From a phage: a stretch of DNA of 64,000 bases. Shown piece after piece: positions 7,755 to 16,400 of the stretch. Location of the stretch: sequence record NC_100372.1, one strand, 5' to 3'. The notes beneath the pieces are model-generated. The model did no database searches and had not been told where the DNA came from. It saw nothing but the letters and a program-made list of their open reading frames with translations. Every line of letters begins with the position of its first letter. Within the stretch, counting starts at the first letter, position 1. The translations under genes and the position numbers were made by a program.

Positions 7755-9215
7755 ATGGATAGCAGAAGTTCAGAAATCATTACCGCACAAAAAGATGATG
7801 CCTTGCGAATGCTGCAGGCCGCTCGCATGTATCTTCTTGAAAAGCTGCCGTTTTATGGCACACTGTTGTCAGGGTTGCAGTTCGTAGAAAACCACACATG
7901 GTGCTCCACTATGGCAACAGACCATAAACGCATCTACTACAGCCCTGAGTTCATTATGGGGTTGGCAGATGAGCGTAAAACCATTCTTAAAGCATCTCTG
8001 ACTGACAAGCAGTTTGAGATGGCTGAGGTTTTCTATTCCCCAAAATCTGTGAAAGAGGTGGCATTTCTTCTGTCACATGAGGTGGGGCATATTATCTGTG
8101 ATCATCTGGTCCGTGGTAAAAGCTTTGAGCCGGAACTGTTCAATATTGCTTGTGATCACGTTATCAACACAGGTCTTGTGGTTGACTTTAGCAAGCCTCC
8201 TTGTGTTTTCTTCCCGAAGGGGAAAAGCACTGAGTTCGTAAAAGGTAAGCCTTTTGGCTTCTTAGCTAATTGCTACTGCGACATGAAGTTTCATGGATGG
8301 ATTGCTGAGAACGTCTATGCAGTTCTTGATAAACAAAGAGATCAGAATGGCGGTAAAAGTAAGAACGGTAAAGGTGAGAACTCCCAAGGAGATAAACGAC
8401 AAACCGATGATCACATGAGCGGGAACGGTGGCACTAGTGATGATCTTGGAAAGGCTATGGGGTATGATCAGCCGCAACCAGTAATCAGTCAATCTGATAA
8501 AGATCAGGCCATGCAGGATTCTGGTGACATGTTGGAAGCAGCAATGCAAGCTTCAGGAGGTCGTTGCCCCGAGGCGGTGCGCGAGTTTGTCAAAAACAGA
8601 GGCAAGCCTGTAATCAATTATATAGATATTATTAAGCAACGTATGTTATCTAAAAGAAAGGCTGAGTTAACCTACAGAAAACCTGGTCGCCGATCTGGGT
8701 CTTTGACCACCACAATGCGAAAAGTTGGAGCTATAAACAAGAATCAACACGTTATTGTTCCTGGTCGTAATCCGGAAAACACTATAGATATTGTAGTGGC
8801 TTTAGACGTTTCTGGGTCGATCTCACAAAGAACTTTAAAGAAAATGTTCAATGAGATCACCGGGTTGTGCAATCTGTATAAAGAGTTTAAGGTTACGATG
8901 TTCTGTTGGTCAACCGAGGTTGGAGAGGTTAAAGTATACACTCGCGGTAACATCGATGAGATGATCAACTATGAGGTCCACTCAACATGGGGCACAACAG
9001 CCGCCTGCGTGTTCGAGTATCTAGATGCTAACATACCGAATGCAAAAGATGTCATCGTCCTTACCGACCTCTACTTTGAGCATAACTTTGAACAAAAGGC
9101 TGTTGACAACAAGTGGAAAAAGTACGATACTTTATGGGTTCTCACCGAAGGGTATAATAAAAATTATATCCCGAGCTTTGGGAAAACTGTGGAATTAATC
9201 GAGTACGCTAAGTAA
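7755..9215 (+). CDS. vWA-domain protein with N-terminal HExxH metallopeptidase-like domain
   Basis: Track start 7734 is TTG; ATG at 7755 has SD GGAG 5 nt upstream. HEVGH motif (LLSHEVGHIICDH) in N-terminal half; MIDAS-like DxSGS (IVVALDVSGSIS) in C-terminal half; Gly/Asp/Ser-rich linker between. Confidence 0.6.
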   Translation: MDSRSSEIITAQKDDALRMLQAARMYLLEKLPFYGTLLSGLQFVENHTWCSTMATDHKRIYYSPEFIMGLADERKTILKASLTDKQFEMAEVFYSPKSVKEVAFLLSHEVGHIICDHLVRGKSFEPELFNIACDHVINTGLVVDFSKPPCVFFPKGKSTEFVKGKPFGFLANCYCDMKFHGWIAENVYAVLDKQRDQNGGKSKNGKGENSQGDKRQTDDHMSGNGGTSDDLGKAMGYDQPQPVISQSDKDQAMQDSGDMLEAAMQASGGRCPEAVREFVKNRGKPVINYIDIIKQRMLSKRKAELTYRKPGRRSGSLTTTMRKVGAINKNQHVIVPGRNPENTIDIVVALDVSGSISQRTLKKMFNEITGLCNLYKEFKVTMFCWSTEVGEVKVYTRGNIDEMINYEVHSTWGTTAACVFEYLDANIPNAKDVIVLTDLYFEHNFEQKAVDNKWKKYDTLWVLTEGYNKNYIPSFGKTVELIEYAK

Positions 9216-9230
9216 GAGAGGATGGTATTT

Positions 9231-9488
9231 ATGGCAACAGAGGTAGTAATTAAAGCTGAACGCCCAGTTAAAAAAGCTATCAACACGTTCCCTGTAGGAA
9301 CCATTGTGAGCATGATTACAGAGTCAGGCCGTGTATCTACACTGCTAATCGTGAAATCTGCATGCTCATCTTGTGTGTGGGCATACGATCTTGACGAGAA
9401 AGAACTGAAAGATTTTGTCGGGGAGCTGAAAGCAACAGAGCTTGACGCTCGTATCGAAGTATTTGGTGAAACTATGGAGGAAGAGTAA
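9231..9488 (+). CDS. small protein, member 1 of a tandem paralogous family
   Basis: Second ATG (9231) has better SD spacing than track start 9222. Shares Cys position and C-terminal E-I-x-V/I-F/Y pattern with the next two ORFs. Confidence 0.45.
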   Translation: MATEVVIKAERPVKKAINTFPVGTIVSMITESGRVSTLLIVKSACSSCVWAYDLDEKELKDFVGELKATELDARIEVFGETMEEE

Positions 9489-9751
9489 TGACTACAAAAA
9501 TCACCATTGCAGAACCAAAAGCTAACACGCAACCTATCGAAAAGTTTAAATGCGGTGAGGTGGTAACATTCACACCAGATAATGAAGATGCCAAGATTTT
9601 TGCCATGGTCACAGCCGAGTGGATGTGTGACAATACCACACAGGTGCTGCGTTTTGACACCTATCTTACAGATGAAATCAGGAACGACAAGATCGTGACT
9701 GGTGTGGATACTGAGATTATTTTCTACAAGAGCTTTTTAGAGGGTTTCTGA
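9488..9751 (+). CDS. small protein, member 2 of a tandem paralogous family
   Basis: 87 aa; ATGA overlap with upstream gene; KFxxGEVV ... C ... EIIFY pattern. Confidence 0.5.
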   Translation: MTTKITIAEPKANTQPIEKFKCGEVVTFTPDNEDAKIFAMVTAEWMCDNTTQVLRFDTYLTDEIRNDKIVTGVDTEIIFYKSFLEGF

Positions 9752-9752
9752 T

Positions 9753-9986
9753 ATGGCAAAAATTCGTAAATTATCCAGCAATCAGGTTGTGAAAGACTTT
9801 GAATCTGGAGAGATCTTGTATGTCCGTGATGCAGATGATGAATGTGAAGATCTTGTTATGCTGGTAGGGCACGCTGAAGACGGATGCATCCAGGCTGTTT
9901 TTCTTGAAACAGCGATGGTGCACTGGATAGAGCTGGACCTGAAAGCACGAAAACCTAAAGCAGAAATCATTATTTACGAAGATTAA
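9753..9986 (+). CDS. small protein, member 3 of a tandem paralogous family
   Basis: 77 aa; starts 2 nt after upstream stop; DFESGEILYV ... C ... EIIIYE pattern. Confidence 0.5.
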   Translation: MAKIRKLSSNQVVKDFESGEILYVRDADDECEDLVMLVGHAEDGCIQAVFLETAMVHWIELDLKARKPKAEIIIYED

Positions 9987-10002
9987 CAAGAAGGAGAGAG
10001 CC

Positions 10003-10452
10003 GTGTTGAGCAAACGTGAATGCGACAGCATTAGCCTGAATTCTTATAAGAAACAATGGTTTGGGGTAGAAGTTTGCCGACTACGGCTGGGCTCCTACTT
10101 GAACTTCGTCCATTATGAGAGTGACAGTCGTATCGTTTCTTATGAAGTGTTCTACACTAAGAATACATTCGAGCTGAGACGTAAGGTGGATGGCGGGAGA
10201 TCTACCGCCCAGAATAATTGGGAAACTATTCTGCCTCCAGATGTTATAGGAAGTCCCCTGAATGTATCTGAAGATGAAAATCTTATGGTTCATGCTATGA
10301 TGGGACTTGACAGCTTAGAGCTGGCGATCTATGATATGTCCATCGAAGCAGTTAAGTTGGACTACATCGAAAACACTTTAGAGGAAGGTATCAAGAAGTT
10401 TCTCGGTGAGAAATTGAAAGCCCACTTTCATAAGGAGCTATATCTGTTATGA
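10003..10452 (+). CDS. hypothetical protein
   Basis: 149 aa; GTG start with strong SD AAGGAGAG 4-5 nt upstream. Confidence 0.5.
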   Translation: MLSKRECDSISLNSYKKQWFGVEVCRLRLGSYLNFVHYESDSRIVSYEVFYTKNTFELRRKVDGGRSTAQNNWETILPPDVIGSPLNVSEDENLMVHAMMGLDSLELAIYDMSIEAVKLDYIENTLEEGIKKFLGEKLKAHFHKELYLL

Positions 10453-10694
10453 AGACCCGTAAAGAACGTAACAAGATTTTACCTGGCGCTCTCGAACATA
10501 TGATGAAGTGCAGATCTATCTGGCACTCTGCCAAGGAGGGGCAGCATGTAGTCGTGGTTAGTGATAATGCCAACCCGTTCGGTGATTATGTCACCATGAT
10601 GACTCCATACATCCGCGACGGTGTTGTGGAAGTGGTTCCTTATAGTGGTCTGCATGAGAGGCATTTTGAGAGCACTTTGCTAGTGGAGCTATAA
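10449..10694 (+). CDS. hypothetical small protein (possible diverged fourth member of the paralog family)
   Basis: 81 aa; ATGA overlap with upstream gene; GxHVVVVSD ... VVEVVPY loosely echoes the family pattern. Confidence 0.45.
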   Translation: MKTRKERNKILPGALEHMMKCRSIWHSAKEGQHVVVVSDNANPFGDYVTMMTPYIRDGVVEVVPYSGLHERHFESTLLVEL

Positions 10695-10696
10695 TT

Positions 10697-11263
10697 ATGG
10701 CGGTCAATGTGGCTTACAACACAGGAAAGCTTGACAGAGACATTGGGTGTCTTGTCCTTTCAGATACAGAGGAGTATTGGGGTTATGGGTTGCTGTCAGA
10801 CCCACACCCGAGCAACCTTGTATCAACAGTGCTATATCGCTACGACCCTGTACCAACGGTACACGACAAAGACATTCACGACCTTCGGATCAAGTGTCTG
10901 GAAGATCTTCTGAACAATGGCTGCAACGATCTGCGGGTAGCCAAGGAGAAGCTTACAAACATTCACAAAGAGGAAGTGATGAGCACCCTCAGTAAGAGAT
11001 CAGTGCACAAAAAGATGATGCTGAACTTTGCAATGGGTATCTACATGGATGGGTATAAGGGAGGGGATCCGATCCTCAAGCTTCGCTGCCCAACACTGTG
11101 GGAAAGAGTGGTTGACAGTAAGGACGGTACTGCCCTGCTAGAACTCCACACTGCAGGTTGGATTTGGCGGTATGTGGACGGATACCCTCTGTGGGCATGT
11201 GGGCCCGGTGAGTTTGTTGACAGACCTAGTGCGGTGGTGGATTTGCTATTGCAGTTTGAATAA
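10697..11263 (+). CDS. hypothetical protein
   Basis: 188 aa ORF, 2 nt after upstream stop. Confidence 0.5.
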   Translation: MAVNVAYNTGKLDRDIGCLVLSDTEEYWGYGLLSDPHPSNLVSTVLYRYDPVPTVHDKDIHDLRIKCLEDLLNNGCNDLRVAKEKLTNIHKEEVMSTLSKRSVHKKMMLNFAMGIYMDGYKGGDPILKLRCPTLWERVVDSKDGTALLELHTAGWIWRYVDGYPLWACGPGEFVDRPSAVVDLLLQFE

Positions 11264-11318
11264 AAGGTGAGTTATAAAGCATTCATACACCTATCAACAA
11301 TAAACAGGAGAGACTGAG

Positions 11319-11594
11319 ATGACGAAAGAAGAGGCAGATGTATTGGACTTTGCATTAGAGGCTACGCAGGAGGCTTTGGTGTTAGCTTGGAAAATGAACC
11401 AGCGTGCTGCAGAATGCAACCGCCGCATCAATGAGATTCTAGGTATGTCTATGTATGATTTCACCATGCATGCTGGAGAGATTCCTGAATTAACTGCTGA
11501 GATGAATGATCTTGACAATAAAATTAATATCATTCTGAAGACAGCAGAAACAACTCACCAAACCGCCCGTAAATTTATCAACGAGAAGGTGTGA
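11319..11594 (+). CDS. hypothetical protein
   Basis: 91 aa; SD AGGAGAG upstream of ATG. Confidence 0.5.
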   Translation: MTKEEADVLDFALEATQEALVLAWKMNQRAAECNRRINEILGMSMYDFTMHAGEIPELTAEMNDLDNKINIILKTAETTHQTARKFINEKV

Positions 11595-11596
11595 AT

Positions 11597-12070
11597 ATGG
11601 ACTACAGCTACTGCGGAGAAGAAGTACCTTTTAACTACAGCAATCTCACCACGAGCAATCCATATGAGACTCGTCACGGCACACACATCATTGCTATTGA
11701 CTTTGATGGAACGTTTAATGCGAGCCCTTTCATCTTCTCCCGCCTTATTAAGGACCTGAAGAAGGAAGGGTGGACAGTCTATCTTGTGACTTTCCGATTC
11801 ATCACTCAAGACAACGTGGACATCGAATACTGGCGCAAGGAGCTTGATGTTGGAGTGTTTTATACTGGGGGTGTTCAGAAGGCCGCTTTTCTGGCGCAGT
11901 TTGATATCTACCCAGACATCTGGGTTGATGATTCTCCAGCTTGCATTCCAGCTAAGAATCAGCTAGAATTTGCAATTAAGGAGATCGAGTATAAGTCTGA
12001 GGCTAAACGTAACGGATGGCCCTTTATTATTGAAGATTACCCAGATCCTGAACCGGAGAAAGAACCATGA
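11597..12070 (+). CDS. HAD-superfamily phosphatase-like protein
   Basis: HAD motif I IAIDFDGTF and a later WVDDSP acidic motif; ATG at 11597 preferred over track GTG 11591. Confidence 0.45.
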   Translation: MDYSYCGEEVPFNYSNLTTSNPYETRHGTHIIAIDFDGTFNASPFIFSRLIKDLKKEGWTVYLVTFRFITQDNVDIEYWRKELDVGVFYTGGVQKAAFLAQFDIYPDIWVDDSPACIPAKNQLEFAIKEIEYKSEAKRNGWPFIIEDYPDPEPEKEP

Positions 12071-12237
12071 AACGAAGATACCATTACGTGATGTGGAAGT
12101 TATATCATGGTGCTGCTAAGGCTTATCGAGCCGTGTTTGGTAATGACAATCACTTCATTATGTTACACCTTACATCCATTGAGCATCACAATGAGTGGAT
12201 TCGTGAAATCGTAATAGGTGACAAAGACTTTAAGTAA
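12067..12237 (+). CDS. possible small ORF (56 aa), translationally coupled
   Basis: ATG overlaps stop of HAD gene (ATGA); below the 60-aa track cutoff; fills an otherwise empty 200-nt gap. Weak evidence. Confidence 0.25.
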   Translation: MKRRYHYVMWKLYHGAAKAYRAVFGNDNHFIMLHLTSIEHHNEWIREIVIGDKDFK

Positions 12238-12267
12238 AGTATGGCTTTCTAGATGGAGACTGACTAA

Positions 12268-12648
12268 ATGTGCAAGTGTAAATCTTATAATTGGAAAGTG
12301 AAAGGTGCCAAGCATCCAAATGTTATCGTTGATGTGCCTAAAAAGCTCCGTGACGGCAAAAAACGTGTGTGCCTTGATAAGTGCATGGCTAAACCTATCA
12401 TGAGTCTATGGGCGGCAGGATTGAAAACTCTAAACTGCTGCTGTGGTCATAACAAAGATGTTCCAAGCATCATTATCCCAGAGGATGCAGACCCTAAAGC
12501 TTATGCCAAAATACTGACTCGCTACCCCAGCACCTTTCTGATCGGAAAATGGTGTCACGATGAACTTCAATGGTGGATAGCGTACGGTAGTGTAGGTGCT
12601 GCTTTTGGCTTCCCAGCTTTGTCAGAGCGCTACGTCAAATCATCATAA
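12268..12648 (+). CDS. Cys-rich hypothetical protein
   Basis: 126 aa with many Cys (MCKCK, CLDKC, NCCCGH); SD GGAGAC upstream. Confidence 0.45.
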   Translation: MCKCKSYNWKVKGAKHPNVIVDVPKKLRDGKKRVCLDKCMAKPIMSLWAAGLKTLNCCCGHNKDVPSIIIPEDADPKAYAKILTRYPSTFLIGKWCHDELQWWIAYGSVGAAFGFPALSERYVKSS

Positions 12649-12657
12649 TCTATTTTA

Positions 12658-12675
12658 AGGCCTCAAACGAGGCCT
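12658..12675 (+). other. stem-loop (AGGCCTC-AAAC-GAGGCCT), not a clean terminator
   Basis: 7-bp stem just after stop of 12268..12648; no U-tract on either strand. Confidence 0.3.
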
Positions 12676-12752
12676 GTGCCTTCATAAACTGCCTACCTCT
12701 GTGTGATTACCTCTCTAAATAAAATACCCTCTCAAATTGCTTAAAATTAAGC

Positions 12753-12781
12753 TTGACATCAACACCAGATTTATATATGAT
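12753..12781 (+). promoter_or_regulatory. sigma70-like promoter (TTGACA-17-TATGAT)
   Basis: -35 TTGACA 12753-12758, 17-nt spacer, -10 TATGAT 12776-12781; upstream of 12812..13219. Confidence 0.5.
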
Positions 12782-12811
12782 TATCTCATCAACCAAGCAG
12801 AGGAGATTGTC

Positions 12812-13219
12812 ATGGATAATCTTGCAAGTGTGAACGTCGAAATTGTTAAACTAAAGTTCTTGGGCTTTCGAGACCCTAATTCTCTAACAGCTATACTGAT
12901 GGATACCCACTTCACACCTGGGAAAGAGTACACTGCCTTCCGTTATATTTGCGGAGATCACGAATCGGCCTATAGTGTGAATACAAACCTCGGCGAGGGA
13001 TATTTCATCAAAGATATCACAGATCACTTGTGGGGTATGTGGGAATTGGTGGAAGAAGAGAATAAATCCCTTCCCAAAGAGATTTGGGTGCACACCTTCC
13101 ACACAGGTAAGTTCGGAGGTACGGAACATAAGTCTATCCACTATGATGAAGTAAGTGCCATCAAACAACAAGCTGTGCTTGGTGGATCTGTAGAAAAATT
13201 TGTTAAATGCGAGGACTGA
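12812..13219 (+). CDS. hypothetical protein
   Basis: Track ORF 12737..13219 contains the promoter; ATG at 12812 (MDNLASV) has SD GAGGAG upstream. Confidence 0.5.
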   Translation: MDNLASVNVEIVKLKFLGFRDPNSLTAILMDTHFTPGKEYTAFRYICGDHESAYSVNTNLGEGYFIKDITDHLWGMWELVEEENKSLPKEIWVHTFHTGKFGGTEHKSIHYDEVSAIKQQAVLGGSVEKFVKCED

Positions 13220-13222
13220 GAA

Positions 13223-13423
13223 ATGGCTGATTTTTGCAAAGATTGTTCTGAAGAGTTGTTTGGTTTTGACTGCAGAGATCTGGAAGGACTGATCACAGAA
13301 GACCAGTGGAAGGAAGGTTATGCGGCACCTGTTATTTGTGAAGGTTGTGGCTATACCTATGTTGACCATAAAGGTAAGCGCGTCAAGCCGTCTGAAGATG
13401 GGGCATGTTGGGAGTATTACTAA
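13223..13423 (+). CDS. small Cys-rich zinc-ribbon-like protein
   Basis: 66 aa; CxxC ... CxxC ... C spacing (CKDC ... CEGCGY ... C). Confidence 0.4.
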   Translation: MADFCKDCSEELFGFDCRDLEGLITEDQWKEGYAAPVICEGCGYTYVDHKGKRVKPSEDGACWEYY

Positions 13424-13429
13424 CTATAA

Positions 13430-13458
13430 AAAGAAAGGGGCCAAATGGCCCCTTTTTT
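13430..13458. terminator. bidirectional intrinsic terminator (GGGGCC-AAAT-GGCCCC flanked by T/A runs)
   Basis: 6-bp GC stem with TTTTTT on plus and a U-rich tract on minus; sits between convergent genes 13223..13423 (+) and 13471..19104 (-). Confidence 0.6.
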
Positions 13459-13470
13459 ATCTACTACTTG

Positions 13471-16400
13471 TTAAAGAGAGAAAGTCGCGTAGGCTCCCAG
13501 ACGATACTGCTGGTCACCAGGGAACATAACACCTATAGAGGCTGTCCCTAGAATCCTGCCTTCCTTTCCAGACTCCATTCTGAACCCTACCCATCCGGAA
13601 CTCCTTGCAGCCTCGATGTTGTCGCTATACCCAAAAGTGGCAAGCTCGTCAACACCAGCTCCAAACAGCAACTGAAGCTGACTTCTCGGAAGCCCTATAA
13701 TTTCAGGAATATATGCACCAAAGTACACCATCTGCCCTACCTTAGGACCGCTGCCGTACTCCATCGGCTTGCTTGTAGAGAAAGTCTTCATACCAGAAGT
13801 CCCTGCCGGATTAGGGTATGCCCCGTTTGTTGCTGTGCCTATCCACATTCTCCACTGAGGTGCCATCTGTCTGACAGTGAAAGATGTTGAAGACGTTTTG
13901 CGGCCTGCATCATCCGTAACTACAAACTTTATAGTGACATTACCAGGGGCTTTAAATGTTACCAATCCTGTGGTAGCATCCACTGTTGCAATGTTAGTAT
14001 TACTACTTTCCCAAGTCTTTCTAATCCCTGGCACATTGGAAGGGGTAATAGAAGGTTCCTGCATCTGCAGTTTACCGCCCACAATCCCTATGCCGTTACC
14101 TGGATTATACAACGCACCAACTTCATCTACAATGTTACCTGCCTTGAGGCTGTACTTTTTAGAGAAGTTGTAAGTGCCGTTATATGCGTGTGTCCCTGAG
14201 AAGGTTACATCTGCCTTGCCGTTGGAGATGCAAACCAAAGCATACTTCCTGTCAGGCAACTGTGCCCCAGTTTCTGGGTGAGTTTTACCCACCTGGAACA
14301 CGCTCGGGTCAGTAGAGTCGTGGCTATCACTAACAGAGCTTGGACCACCCATCAACTGTGACAAGCAATTCCTTACCCATGTCCAGTTATTGTCACTGGA
14401 GAAGTCTACAGTCAAATCAAACACAACCCACTCATTTGGCTTCCACACAGGTGTTGTGATCAACTTACCAACACCCCCACCCTGAAGGGTAGGAGATTGT
14501 TCAGTGATCAAGGCAGAGTATGCCAGAGTTCCCAACTGCATAGTCTGGCTTGCTGTTCTCACTACCTTAGAATCAGCATCTGTGAAGTTGTTGATGATCT
14601 GGAATGTGCCATAAGTGTTTTTACAGGTAATTCTGGCATTCAGTGTATCAATCTTTCTCACATCTGCCATGGCAGTGTTAGACACAGAGAAGTCAGAAGC
14701 TTTAGCTGAGTTTGCTGCAACAGCCGGATCAACGTTGAGGGTTGCGTTGAACTGGCAGGCAGGAGTAACCAGTAGCTTGTTATCACCTATTTGCTTCCAT
14801 GAAACACTTTGAACAGGGAGATTCCATTTAATACCTGAGAAAACTTTAGCAACCCTTGGTCCCAAAGCTCCAGTTCTGTTGTCTTTACAACACATAGACA
14901 TGGTGATTGTTGACGGAGTGGCCTGACCAAACAATTGCTGGGCTTTTGCAGAGGACATAGTGTAGAAATTGTCCTTAACAAACTCATCAGCTGCTAACGA
15001 TCCGTCAGATCTCCACCATTGTACCTGGTACCCTGTCTTATCCCAGCCACCAACCTGCTTTAAGTCCTCCCAAGAGATTTCCAAATCCCCCGTGGTAGGG
15101 TTGATTGCCGCAGTTCCCGGTGTTCCAGATGACCATATTGGTATATCGAACCACGCTGGCTTAACAGACTGCACTGCGTTAGGGCCTATTGCAGCAGCAA
15201 GTTGTTGACCCATCAATACGCGAGCATCTTTCACCAGACCCCACTCGATCATGGATCCGGAGTAACCCTCTTTCTTATACGCGGATGACCCATTCAAGTG
15301 AATAAGTCTACTTGTGCCGAAGTTATGTGCTCCACCGCCGTTGTCGTCTGCAAAATTGGTTATGATTCTATCCCTGATGTTTTTCCATGCCCTGCCCCCA
15401 ATCTCGTAGTCATGGTCATAACATCTTTGCAGCGTTGTCCAGCAAATGATCGCCATCCTTCTGCCGTTACTGAAGCCAAAAGCCTGATCGTTAAGCTCTC
15501 TCCACAAATAGCAGTTAGTGGTCCACATAGCTCTGTGAATGTTGAACCAGTTTATAGACTTGGCTGAGTTATCCCACTGAGTCCCAGGTAATTCAGGCCA
15601 CACTGCATTAACCAGCATGTCTTCTGTTCCTGCATCAACCAAGAACCCTCTTACCTTTTTACCCATGCCTACCCTGTCTTTTGCAATCCAACTGCCAAAC
15701 AATCTCAGTTTTGGACCGTAAACAACATCTTCCGGATGCTCAAAAGAGACATACTTCAGATATACTGTAGGGTCACCATAGGTGCCATCACAAACAGCTT
15801 TGTGCATGTTCTCGCCAAGGTCTAGACGAAGTCCTGTTACAACTTTTGACGTGTCGGTGAATTTGTCTGTTAAATCAAATTCATACCACCACCAACCTGC
15901 ACCCAACAATACCTTCTTACAACGCTGCGCATCTGTATCAGATATTCTCTTATCTCCTGAAAAAGGTGAGTCAGCAAACTGATAGTGCAGAGCAATTTCA
16001 AAAGGATGTGTGGAGGTCCCGTTTTCTGCAAGGACTTGTTTACCTATTAAGTCACACTTAATAATCATCACAACACGTTTGTACCCATTTGTTACTGGGA
16101 TCTGCATAGACATAGATGTCCCGTCCATGTTTGATCTCAGCGCAGTCATGATGATATAAGGATCAACGGCATTACCAAGAGTTTCAGGCCCTGGAATTAT
16201 CTTATACTTCTTAACCTGCCCCATGATGTAATCACTGGCGTAAGTTGCAGCCTCGAAGCAAGATCCCCCGTTAGGCAGTTCCCCTGGCCCCCAGAAAAAT
16301 GCGCCATAACAGTTATAAAACCACTTGTTAGGGTCGTATTTGTTCTTGAAGGTCTGAACCTCGTTGGCCTGTTTTGTCAAGAAAACCTGCGTATCTGTAA

